64,000 bases of DNA from Nannocystis bainbridge (lineage in GTDB: Bacteria > Myxococcota_A > Polyangia > Nannocystales > Nannocystaceae), in the NCBI RefSeq assembly GCF_028368995.1, contig NZ_JAQNDL010000002.1, positions 545,724-609,723 of the forward strand, given 5' to 3'. Positions 9,241 through 19,700 of the stretch are shown here, piece by piece. The translations under genes were made by a program, and so were the position numbers. The notes below the pieces were generated by a model, which did no database searches, was not told where the DNA came from, and was given only the letters and a program-made list of their open reading frames with translations. The stretch's first letter is position 1. Each line of letters opens with the position of its first letter.

Positions 9241-10329
9241 TCAGAGCGGGACCAGGCAGTGGCCGAAATTTTCGAGGTCGGGCGGGGCCTCGCCGTCGGC
9301 GTAAGGGGAGAGGCACATCAGCTCGGGCGGGCAGGCGGGCTGGGATAGGTCGCAGTACGGGGTGCAGCAGGACGGGTCGGCGGGATTGCAGGTGGGGACG
9401 TATTCGGTGGAGACGCACAGGTGGCCGGGATCGCAGTCGTTCGTGGCGGAGCAGACCTCGGTGTAGGCGCCGCCGTCGCCCGAGATGTCTGGGACGCAGA
9501 CCGGGTCGAGGCCGACACAGACCTGTCCCATAGGACAGGCTGCGGGGCCGGCGAGCGGATCGCAGGTCGGCTCGCACAGGTGGATCTCGAGCTCGTCGTC
9601 GCCCCAGACCTGGCAATGGGTGGCCGGGTCGGCGCATTCGGGCGCGTCGGGGCTGCCGGTGCAGCGCGCGGTGCAGATGCCCTGCGCGGTGTCGGCGTCG
9701 ACGCGGCTGCACACGGCTCCCGGGGCGCAGTCGCCCCACGACCACGAGCCGTCGGAGGTGACGGTGCAGGGCTCGCCGACGGGGACGCCGGGGGCCGGGA
9801 CGGGCACGCACGACCACCGGTCGGCGAAGGGGTCGTCGTCGCGCGAGACCGGCAAGCAGGTGGTGCCCTCGGTGCGGCAGGCGTCGGGATCCCAGGGGTC
9901 GCAGCGGTTGTTCTGGGCGCAGAGCACGGCGTCGCCGAACTCGCAGGGATCGGCGTAGCCGCACTGATAGCCGCCGCAGATCTGGTGGACGCAGTCGAGG
10001 CTGCAGATGGTGTGGCGATCGCAGCCAGGAGGCAGCGGTACGCACTGGACCTCGGGATAGCCGACGCAGGCGTCGTCGGCCCCGACCCACTGGCAGAACT
10101 CGTCAGGGCCACACATGGCGCACGGATGTTCGGCGCCGCCGGTCGACGAATCGTCGGTGGTCGAGTCGTCGCTCGTGCCGGTCGTCGCGTCCGAGCTGCT
10201 GCTGGTGGAGACGGCCTGCGGCTCGGTGGTGTCCGCCGTGTCGCTCTCGGTGGCCGGGGCCTGGGAGCAGGCGACCAGAAGGAGGACCAGTGAGCTCGAT
10301 AACGCGCGGAGCAAAGACGGGCGGTCCAT
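9241..10329 (-). CDS. cysteine-rich repeat lipoprotein (CDPW..C / FEDVGxCxLP family paralog)
   Basis: Signal LVLLLVAC, an acidic S/T linker, many paired Cys, and a C-terminus ENFGHCLVPL resembling the genes at 24182 and 25129. Confidence 0.8.
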   Translation of the reverse strand: MDRPSLLRALSSSLVLLLVACSQAPATESDTADTTEPQAVSTSSSSDATTGTSDDSTTDDSSTGGAEHPCAMCGPDEFCQWVGADDACVGYPEVQCVPLPPGCDRHTICSLDCVHQICGGYQCGYADPCEFGDAVLCAQNNRCDPWDPDACRTEGTTCLPVSRDDDPFADRWSCVPVPAPGVPVGEPCTVTSDGSWSWGDCAPGAVCSRVDADTAQGICTARCTGSPDAPECADPATHCQVWGDDELEIHLCEPTCDPLAGPAACPMGQVCVGLDPVCVPDISGDGGAYTEVCSATNDCDPGHLCVSTEYVPTCNPADPSCCTPYCDLSQPACPPELMCLSPYADGEAPPDLENFGHCLVPL

Positions 10330-10729
10330 CTTTGTCAGTTTCGTTGGCTTTCAAGGCGAGCGCAACTATAAATTCTCGGCGCGGGTTCGCGCTAGCGGAA
10401 CAAGGATTCGCCAGGGGCCCGGCGCAAGAGCTGTCTCAAAGTTCAGGTGTGGTCGGCGGGCGTTCGGCTGGTTTACCTGTCCGAAGAGGCAGGTAATCCG
10501 GATGGTCGGGCTGAGGCTGTCCGAGCGTCGAGATCGTGAGCGGCACAGCCGGCATGACGCCCCGGCGGTTCCTGCTCGAGGCGGACGGGTCGAGCCGGGA
10601 CGACTGACGGCAGGTTTCACGCGCGTCGAGCCCGGTCGCGGGCATGCGACTGCCACTTCGAGTGGAAGGCTCGCTTGCTCGCCAAGCTCGCAACGGATAC
10701 CTTTCTCACTCCAGGTTCAGGACAAAGAG

Positions 10730-11062
10730 ATGTCGAGCTCGAATGTACTCACGTTCACGGAGCAGAATTTCGAGCAGGAGGTCGTCCAGGCGTCCTGGTT
10801 CGTGCCTGTGTTGGTGGTATTCACGGCGACCTGGGCCGGGCGCTGTAGCGAGCTCTTGCCGATCGTCGAGAAGATCGCGGACGACTACCAGGGCAAGGTC
10901 AAGGTGGGCATCCTGGACATCGACGGTGCCCCCGAGACCACTCAGAAGAACGGGGTCAAATCCGTCCCGACCTCCATCGCGTTCAGAGGCGGGAGCAAGG
11001 TGAGCATCGAGCCGGGCCTCACGAGCCGCGAAGTCCTGCTCAGCATGCTGAGCTTGGCATAG
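10730..11062 (+). CDS. thioredoxin-fold protein with degenerate active site (WAGRC instead of WCGPC)
   Basis: MSSSNVLTFTEQNFEQEVVQASWFVPVLVVFTATWAGRCSELLPIVEKIADDYQGKVKVGILDIDG...VPTSIAFRGG has thioredoxin topology. ATG at 10730 is preceded by a lower-GC leader. Confidence 0.7.
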   Translation: MSSSNVLTFTEQNFEQEVVQASWFVPVLVVFTATWAGRCSELLPIVEKIADDYQGKVKVGILDIDGAPETTQKNGVKSVPTSIAFRGGSKVSIEPGLTSREVLLSMLSLA

Positions 11063-11318
11063 CCAGGACGGCGGCGTTGTGGGGTAGTGGATCGATCCCG
11101 CCGCCAACGACGCTCGCCTCGAGCGTGGCTCGCAGCGTGACCGCCGAAGGAAAGGGCCCGCGAAAGCGATGAGCCGCATGGCTGACGAGCGCAGCCTGGG
11201 CATCCTGGACTTTCATCGATGCCCACCCGGGCATCGCTGTGCCATGCGAAGCGTGGTCCCGCCGTCTCTCGTGTACCTGCCTGAAGAGACAGGTGGTACT
11301 GCTGGGCTCACTGACCGA

Positions 11319-11336
11319 AGAGACAGGGCTCTGTCT
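11319..11336 (-). terminator. perfect hairpin GAGACAG-GGCT-CTGTCTC downstream of the minus-strand gene ending at 11391
   Basis: Seen in sequence. There is no U-tract, which is common in high-GC genomes. Confidence 0.25.
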
Positions 11337-11390
11337 CCCCGGCCGTGCGCGGCCGCCCGCGGCTCGAGGGGCGGCCCGCGAGGGCTCCGC

Positions 11391-12260
11391 TCAGACCGGG
11401 CAGCCGGGCTCGCCCATGTCGCAGCAGAGGCAGGCGGACGTGCCCATCTCTTCGCCGCAGAAGCCGTGGTCGTAGAGGGCCATCATGTCGTCGCCGACCT
11501 CGGTGCACTGGATGAAGCAGTCGAACTCGGCCAGCTTGCCGTAGATGCAGGTGTTGAGGTTGACCTCGTCGGCGCAGGAGGCCGGGTCGCTGTTCTCGCA
11601 GGCGGTGCCGGGGCCATCGCCGCAGATGAACTCGACCGACTTGCCGTTGTCGATGCAGCCGTAGGCGAAGTCGTAGCCGTCGAAGTTGCAGCTGTCCTTG
11701 GCGAGGTTGGGCTCGAGGACCCAGGTGTCGCCGTCGCAGCGGTAGATCTGGCTGCCCTCGGGGCCGCAGGCCTCGGTCATCGTGCACCAGAACTGGCCGT
11801 TTTTGCAGCTGTCGGGCGGCGGCTGCTCGCCGCGACACTCCTCGACGCCGGTGGTGGTGCTCTCGCTGGTGTCGCTGGTCTCGGTGGTGCTCGCCGTCTC
11901 GTCCGTGGTGCTCGTGGAGGAGGTGGCCGGGATCGTGGTCGAGTCGGTGTCGGTCGAGTCGGTGGTGGTGGTGGTCGGCTCGCTGGTCGAGGTCGGCTCG
12001 ACGGTGGTGGTGCCGACGCTCGGCGACGAGGTGGTGTCCGCGACGGGACAGCACGACAGGTCGTCGGGGTCGTCGGTGCAGTACTCGAAGCCGTCGTTGC
12101 AGTAGCAGTCCTCGCCGTCGAGGTACGCGTTGGGATCGTCGCACACGAACTGGCCGGTGTCGGAGTCGGTGCTGGTCGTGGTGTTGCCGCTCGTGAAGAC
12201 GCAGGCCGGCGAGAGCGCCAGGAGGGCCAGGAGGGCGATTTTGCGAGGTAAGCGAGCCAT
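11391..12260 (-). CDS. cysteine-rich secreted lipoprotein
   Basis: Signal LLALLALSPAC, a long T/S/D/E-rich linker, and a Cys-rich C-terminal domain. Confidence 0.75.
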   Translation of the reverse strand: MARLPRKIALLALLALSPACVFTSGNTTTSTDSDTGQFVCDDPNAYLDGEDCYCNDGFEYCTDDPDDLSCCPVADTTSSPSVGTTTVEPTSTSEPTTTTTDSTDTDSTTIPATSSTSTTDETASTTETSDTSESTTTGVEECRGEQPPPDSCKNGQFWCTMTEACGPEGSQIYRCDGDTWVLEPNLAKDSCNFDGYDFAYGCIDNGKSVEFICGDGPGTACENSDPASCADEVNLNTCIYGKLAEFDCFIQCTEVGDDMMALYDHGFCGEEMGTSACLCCDMGEPGCPV

Positions 12261-12292
12261 GGCGAAAAAAATGACACAACCCGCCGCGCGCG

Positions 12293-13504
12293 TCAGGGCA
12301 ATTTATCGCCCGTGTCGCACAGGAAGCGGAAGCTGTAGCCGCCAGGCGCGGGCAGGGCCTTGTAGCTCTTCACGCTGCCGTCCTGGTTCCACTGGTAGAG
12401 CATCGAGCAGCCCTCGCACGCGCCGAGCTCGTCGGGCTCGCCGCTGCCGACGGCGACGTCGCTGACGTACCAGGCCTCGTCGTCGCCGGCGCGCCACTCG
12501 GGACAGTCGAGCCCGTTGAGCGGCGCGTCGACGCAGCTCTGCCCCGCGGTGACCGGATAGATCCCCAGAATCTGCAAGTAGTCGGCGCCGCTCTTCACCG
12601 CCCCGCCGCCGACGGGTTCGAGGTCCTCGCCGGTGACGACCTGCCAGGCGGCTTCGAGGTGGGCCGGGCTGCGCGGGGTGAACAGCTGCATGCCCCACTC
12701 GTTGCAGGTGGTCTCGGCCTTGGTGGCGGTGGCGGGGCTGGGGTTCATGCCGGCGGCGACGTCGACCTTGAGGAAGGTGTAGCCGCCGCCGTCGGTGGCC
12801 TCGTCGAGGGCGCACCAGACCTGGATCGAGTCGGCGACGCCCTCGCGGCGCACGCTGAAGATGCCGCTGACGGCCGCGGGGTCGGCCTCCTGCCACTCGC
12901 GGCAGCTGTGGGCGTACTGGCACGAGGGCAGGCAGTCGGGGCCGTCCTCGCAGTCCTCGAGCTCGGGCTCGACCACGCCGTCGCCGCAGCCGGGGCCGGC
13001 GGCGCTGCAGTCGGCGAGGCAGCCGCCGTAGCTGCCGTCGTTGACGCCGTCGTCGCAGACCTCGCCGCCGTTGAGGACACCGTCGCCGCAGGCGGGGACG
13101 CGGCACTCGGTCGTGCAGGCGCCGTCGTCGGCGTTGTCGGGGCCGAGGTCGCACTCCTCGGCGGCCTTGTTGACGAGGCCGTCGCCGCAGGTGGCGTTGA
13201 GGCAGGCGGTGGTGCAGTCGCCGTCGTCGGCGTTGGCGGGCCCGAGGTCGCACTGCTCGCCGGGGTCGACGAAGCCGTCGCCGCAGGCGGGCCCGGCGGT
13301 GGTGGAGGTCGGGCCCGCGGTCGGGTCGTCAGTGGTGGAGCTGGTGGTCTGGGGCGGCGGCTGGGTGGTCCCGATGTCGGTCGTGCCGATGTCCGAGGTC
13401 GCGTTCGACTCGGTCTCGGTGTTGGCGTTGGGGTCGAGGCACGCAGGCAGGGCCGTGACGCTCAACAGGGGCAGCGAGATCCAGAGGCGCGACGCGATGG
13501 GCAT
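12293..13504 (-). CDS. lipoprotein with Cys-rich CGDG...ECD repeats and C-terminal fibrinogen-related-like domain
   Basis: Start MPIASRLWISLPLLSVTALPAC. Repeats ACGDGFVDPGEQCDLG...DCTTAC (x4). C-terminal VWCALDEATDGGGYTFLKVD resembles the FReD core C[DM]xxxxGGGWT. Confidence 0.7.
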   Translation of the reverse strand: MPIASRLWISLPLLSVTALPACLDPNANTETESNATSDIGTTDIGTTQPPPQTTSSTTDDPTAGPTSTTAGPACGDGFVDPGEQCDLGPANADDGDCTTACLNATCGDGLVNKAAEECDLGPDNADDGACTTECRVPACGDGVLNGGEVCDDGVNDGSYGGCLADCSAAGPGCGDGVVEPELEDCEDGPDCLPSCQYAHSCREWQEADPAAVSGIFSVRREGVADSIQVWCALDEATDGGGYTFLKVDVAAGMNPSPATATKAETTCNEWGMQLFTPRSPAHLEAAWQVVTGEDLEPVGGGAVKSGADYLQILGIYPVTAGQSCVDAPLNGLDCPEWRAGDDEAWYVSDVAVGSGEPDELGACEGCSMLYQWNQDGSVKSYKALPAPGGYSFRFLCDTGDKLP

Positions 13505-13724
13505 GGGCGCCAGGATTTGTCCACGATTCAGCCTGGGCCGCAAGAGGCGCCGGCGCGCGCGGGGGCGGCGAGCTGATTCAAAAGACAGGCCGCGGCGATG
13601 ACGTGGGGTGACTGCGACCGGGCCGGGGGTGGGTTCGGGCGAACTCGAAGTCGTGGGCTGCACATACGACGAGGCCGCGGGCCCTGGGGGGGCGCGCGGC
13701 CTCGTCGGCGGCCTCGGAGCCGCG

Positions 13725-16700
13725 TCAGCGCGATTTGACTTCGAAGCCGAGGGCGCGCCGGGCCCCGACGTAGGCCGGGCTGACGGCGAACACCAGCAGG
13801 TCGCGCAGGTCGGCGTCGTGGGCGGCGCGGGCCTTGAGGGCGGCGCTGCGTTCACCTGGCTCTTGGGGCAGGCCGAGGATGTCGAGCGCGGCGCCGAGGT
13901 TGCGCGACAGGCACAGGCCGACGCGGTCGCCGGAGCGCTGGACCCACGCGCGCCAGTCGCGGCTGTCGAAGCCCTCCTGCTCGCGCTCCTTGAACTGGCC
14001 GCTGAGCTGGCGCGCCAGCCGGATCGGCAGCTTGCGCGCGAGGGTCTGGCCGAGCCGCGTGGCCAGGTCGGCCTCGTCGCGGGTGCGCACGCGCCGGGTG
14101 TGGCGCGGGTGGAACGCCTGCAGCGCGGCCGCGAGGACCCCGGCGAACAACGGCCGCGGCAGGCCGGCGACCAGGATCGCGGCCGGGCGGGTGAAGAACA
14201 GCGCGCGGCCGAGGGCGAAGCGCAGGCGCGGCGCGGTGGTCTCGGCGCGGGCGGCCGGGCCGACGAGGATCACCGGCGAGTGCACGCACGAGACGCTGGT
14301 CCAGCCGCCCTCGACGTGCATCTCGGGGAGCAGGCCGACATCGGCGAGGCGCACGCCCTGGGCGGCCATCTGGGTCCCGAGCTCGGTCCAGACCTTCCAC
14401 AGCAGGGTGTCCTTGTCGGTCTCGGCCTCGATCCAGGCGGCCTCGTTGAACTGCGGGCGCGGCAGCTCCTCGGCCAGCAGCTCGGCGGCGCCCTCCCACA
14501 GCGCGGTCATGGCCGGGACCACGCCGGCGTCGGCGGGGGCCGGCTCGACGACGGTGGCCGGGTCGAGCTTGCCGCCGCGGACCGACAGCAGCTCGTGGCT
14601 GGTGAGGAAGGCGCCGGCCTCGGCGTGGCCGGGGCTGACGATGCGCAGCAGCTGATGGATGGCGTGGGCGCGGTGCTCCTCGCCGGCCTCGGCGCAGTGG
14701 CGGGCCAGGGCGGCCAGGCTGGCCTCGTCGAGCGGATCGAGGTGCAGCAGGGCGTCGGAGTTGGTGCGCACCTGCGGGCCCTGGATCTTCTCGTCGGCGT
14801 AGAGCTTGGCGAGCTGGCGCCGCGGGGCCAGGCCGAGGCCGGTCGGGTCGAGCTCGGCGGCCCGCTCGAGCAGCCGGATCGCCTGCGCGGGGCGGCTGTC
14901 CTTCGGGTCAGGCGATGGCTCGGCCTGGACCACGAGATCGGCCAGACGGACCAGCAGGCGCTGGCGATCGCGGGCCTCGCGTGGGTCACCAGGCGGCTTC
15001 TGGACGCTCTCGCGGGCCAGGTAGGCGCGCACCGCCGGCTCGATCTCGTCGACCGCACCGGTGGCCCGCAGGGCGTCGACGAGGCCGTGGATCGGGGCGG
15101 CGGCGTCGGGCAGCAGCGGGGCGGCGGCGCGGGCGTAGGCGAGCGCGCGCGCGGGGTCGCCGGGCTCGCCGCGCTGGAGGGCGATCTTGACGCCCTCGAG
15201 CAGGAAGCCGACGCGCTTGGCGTCGCGCAGGTCGGGGTGGTGGAGCAGGCGGTCGAGGCAGCCGAGGGCGATGCCGGCGTTGCGGGTGACGGCGGTCCAG
15301 AAGGCGGCCTCGAGCTGGCGGCGGTCGAGCACCGGGTGCGGGATGTGCTGGATCAGCGCGAGGCCGGCCTGGACCGCCTCGAAGGCGGCGCCGAGGATCT
15401 TCTGCGCCGAGGCGCTGACGACCGTCTCTTCGCCGGACTCGGCGGCGGCCCCGGCGGCCTCGTGGAACAGCATGCCGGCGGCGAGCAGGGCCCGGCCGCG
15501 GGCCTCGGGGTCCTGCTCGAGGTCGGCGAGCGCGAGGGTGTGGTCGGCGGCGTCGACCAGCCGGCCCGACTCCTGGGCCAGCTGGGCCAGGGCGGCGCGG
15601 GCCTTGCGGTGGCGGGGGGCCAGCTCGAGCGCGCGGGCGTAGCGGGCCGCCAGGCGGTCGGTGGGGGCGTTCTGCTTGGCGTCGCACTCGGCGGCGAGGA
15701 TCAGCAGATCGGCGACCACCGAAGCCCGCTCGGGCGCGACCGGGGTGCCGGCGGCGAGGCGCTGCTCGACCGGCTCGAGGGCGGCCACGGCGTCGCGGTA
15801 ACGACCGGCGGCGGCGCGGTTGTGGGCCATGCCGGCGCGGATCTCGAGGTCGTCGGGGACGTGGCGCAGGGCCATCGAGAGCCGGCGGTAGGCCTCGTTG
15901 GCGCGGTCGGTCTGCTCGAACAGGCGCGCCAGCATCAGCAGGCCCTCGACCAGGCGCGGCTGGTCGCGGGTCAGGCCGAACGCCTCGACCGCGGCCTCGA
16001 GCGTGGCCTCGGCCTCGGCGTGCAGGCCGGCGTCGATGAGGGCGGCGCCGAGGGCCAGGCGCGCGGGCGCGTGGTCGGGGTCGGCGGCGAGGGCCGCCTC
16101 GAAGCGCTGGCGGGCGCGGGCGAACTCCTGGCCGCCGCGCAGGAGGGCGCGGCCGCTCTCGGTGAGGATCCGGGCCCGGATCTCGGGGTCGTCGATCTGG
16201 GCCAGCTGGGCGTCGAGCAGGGCGTCGGCGCCGTCGAGGTCGCCGGCGGCCAGGCGCAGGCCGACCAGGCCCTCGATCGCCTGCGACAGCCGGCGGCTGC
16301 GCTGCGGGGCGCCGGGGGCCAGCTCGGCGAGCACGCGGGTGAACAGCTGGGCGGCCAGCTCGGGCTCGTGAAGGCGGTCGCGGGCGATCGCGGCGGCCTC
16401 GAGGATGCCGTCGGGCTCGCCGACGGCGGCGAGGCTGACGGTGAGGGCCCGGTCGTCGCCGAGGGCCCGCGCGAGCGCGACGCGGCGCTGCTGCAGGCCG
16501 AGGGCGGCCTCCGGCGGGGCGTCGGCGAGGGCCTCGTCGAGGGTCTCGAGCGCGCCGCGGGGGTCACCTGCCTCTTCGGCCAGGGCGGTCGCCAGCGCCT
16601 CGGCGATCCGCACCCGGCGGGCCGCCAGCGCCGGCGAGACCGGCTCGGGGATGTCGAACGGCAGCGGCTCCTCCGCGAGCGGCTCGTTGCGCACCTCCAT

Positions 16701-19700
16701 GTCGCTGACGATCTCGGCCAGGCGCCGGCGCAGCATCTCGATGCCGTCGTCCATGCGCCCGCCCTTGCGGTAGAGGCGGGACAGGCCGAGCACGACGTCG
16801 TCGTTCTCGGGGGCCTCGGCGGCCAGCGTCTCGAGCGTCTCGAGCGCGGCGGTCTCGTCGCCCTGGCCCTCTTGCAGGGCCCGCGCCTTGACGACCAGGA
16901 GGGCGATGCGAGCGTCGCGGTCGCCGGGGCCGACCTGGGCCAGGCGGCGGTCGAGGATCGGCAGCAGCTTGGCGTACTGCTCGCTGCGCAGGTAGAGGCT
17001 CTGCAGGCGCGCCAGCGCGTCGGGGTCGCCGGGGTTGTGGTCGAGGACCTCGGACCAGCCGGCGATCGCGGCGTCGAGCTGGCCGAGGCGCTCCTCGGTG
17101 AGGGTGGCGGCGCGGGCCAGGCAGCGCACGCGCGCGTCGGGGTTGGGCACCACCTCGGCGGCGGTGCGCAGGGCCTCGACCGCGCGGACCCACAGGCCCT
17201 CGCGCTGGAGGATCTCGATCAGCTCGGCGTGGACGTCGGCGGTCTCCGGGGTCTCTTTGACCAGGGCCTCGAGCCGACGGATGGCCTCGAGCGAGCGGTC
17301 GGCCCGGTAGGCGAGGTCGCGCGCGAGCTGGAGGACGCGGGGGATCCGCTCCGCGAGCGGGAGGCCGTCGGCCTCGACGTCGTAGAGCCGCGCCGAGGCC
17401 TCGGCGGCCTCGCGCTCGCGCCCGGTCTTGGCGTGCAGCGCGGCCAGGCTGCGCAGCGCGCCGAGGTGCTTCGGCGAGACCGCGAGCACGCCGCGGTACT
17501 GCTCCTCGGCGCGCTCGGGCTGACCTGTCTGTTCGTACAGGTCGGCGAGGCGCGAGTGATAGGCGACGATGTGCTCGGGCAGGGTGAGGTCGGACAGCAG
17601 GCGCGAGAGCGCGGCGATCAGGCGCTCGGGGTCGGCTGTCCGTTCGGCCATGTGGACGAGGCCGGTGAGCGCGGCCGCGTCGTCGGGCACCAGGGCCAGG
17701 GCCTCTTCGTAGCGCTCGAGCGCGGCGTCGGGCCGGCCGGCGCCCTCGTCCCACAGGCGGGCGAGCAGGCGCTGCAGGCCGGCGCGCTCGGACTTGCTGG
17801 CGGGGACCACCGAGGCGTAGGCGTGGGCGAGCTCGTGCCAGGCGCTGCTGGCGGCGGGGCGGACCGGCACGACCGGGGCCTCGAGCTCGGGCAGGGCCGG
17901 CAGGCCGGCGGTGACGGCGTCGATGAGCTCGCGGCTGGCGACCGGCGGCGGCGGGGGCAAGCTGGCCGCGGGGACAGGTTCGGGCGGGCGCGACGGCGGC
18001 GGCGGGGCGGCGGGCCGGCGGGTCGGCGGCGGGGCCTTGGCGAGCGGCTTGCCGCCCGGCGGGCGCGGCGGGGTCGGCCCCCGCGGCTTGGCGGCGGGCC
18101 GCGGCAGCGAGCGCTTGTGAGACACAGGCCGCGGGGCGTCGTCGTCGAGCTCGAGCATCTCGTCGAGGTCGAGCACGCCGGACACCTCGGCGCTCGGGCG
18201 CTTCGGCGCCGGACCGACCAGGCTGTCCTCGATCGGCTCGAAGTCGGCGAGGTCGAACACGCCGGACTCTTGCCGCGGCAGGCCGGCCGCGCGCACGCTG
18301 ACCGAGCCCGAGGCCTCGAGCGGCTCGAGCTCGGCGATGTCGACGATGTCGGTCTCGCCGCGGCTCGGCCGCGGGGCGCGGACCTTGATCGCGGTGGCCG
18401 ACAGCTCGACGGGCTCGAGGTCGGCGAGGTCGACGATGTTGGTGTGCGTCTCGCTGCGGAAGGTCTTGCCGGGGCGGGCGACGACCTCCTTGCCGCCGCC
18501 GCGCCGCAGCTCCTCGAGCGGCTCGAGCTCGGACAGCTGGATCTCGGCGGTCGGGCGCGACAGCTCCTCGAGGTCGTCGAGCTCCATCACGCTCGACTCC
18601 TCTTTCTTGCGGGCCTTGACGGCCATGCGCGGGGCGAGCGTGTCGGGGTCGAGGCCGAGCTTGCGCCACTGGTCGCGGTCGGCCAGCTCGGGTGGGGCGA
18701 TCTGCGGCCACAGCAGCGGATCGCGGGCCTGCGGCGGGCTGGTGTAGGTGCCGGTCAGGCCGGCGAGGTGCCACATCTTGGCGTGCGCGGGCCCGAGCTC
18801 ACCTGTCTCGGGGGGCAGGTCGCCCTGCAGCTTCCAGGCGGCGATCCGGGCCCGCAGCGCGTACTCGGGCCGGCCGAGGCAGTTCTCGTAGAGCTCGGCG
18901 ATCTGGGTCAGCAGCTTGCCCTGCTGGGCCTTGCCGGTCCCGAAGTGCAGCTCGCTCGCGGGCGCGAGCAGGAGCAGGTGCCACAGGTTGTCGCGCTCGG
19001 CCAGGCGGTCGAGCTCGAAGCGGGCCTCCTCGTGGCCGGGGTGGAGCGCGAGGGCCCGCAGCCACTCGGCGATCGCGCCGGCGGTGTCGCCGAGGCCGGC
19101 GCGCAGCTCGGCGCGGCGCTTGAGCAATTGCAGCTTGAGCGCGGGATCGACGGTCTGGCCGATGATCTGCTGGGTGACCGAGAGCAGGGTCAGGGCGCCG
19201 GTCGGCGGGGTGTCGGGGCTCTTGTTCTCGTCGACCTTGGCGGCCATCGCCTCGATCGCGGGCATCAGCGCGGTGCCGTCGCGATCGTAAGCGACGCCGA
19301 GCCGCAGGGTGCGCAGCGAGGCCAGCGGATCCTGGCGCTTCTCGTAGTCGATGCGGGCCGAGTCCTTGAGCTGATTGAGGCCGCCGCGTTCGTTGCGCTG
19401 CAGCTTGGCGAGCGCGAGGCCGCGGTGATGATCGGCGAGCTCGGGCCACAGTTGATGGCGCTGGGCCAGCTCGGTCATCAGGCCGGCGGCCTCCTCGGCG
19501 AGCGAGGGGTCGGCCGGGCGCAGGTCGGTCTCGGCGCGGCGCAACCACTGGAAGGCGCGCTTCGGATCGTGGAGGTGGCGCTCGTAGATCTTGGCGATCG
19601 CGGCGCAGGCGTCGAAGCGGCCGAGGCCGGTCCGGGCGCGGGCGAGCTTGGCCTCTTGCAGGTCGACCAGCGCCTGCCACATCTGATGCTGTTCGCCGAG

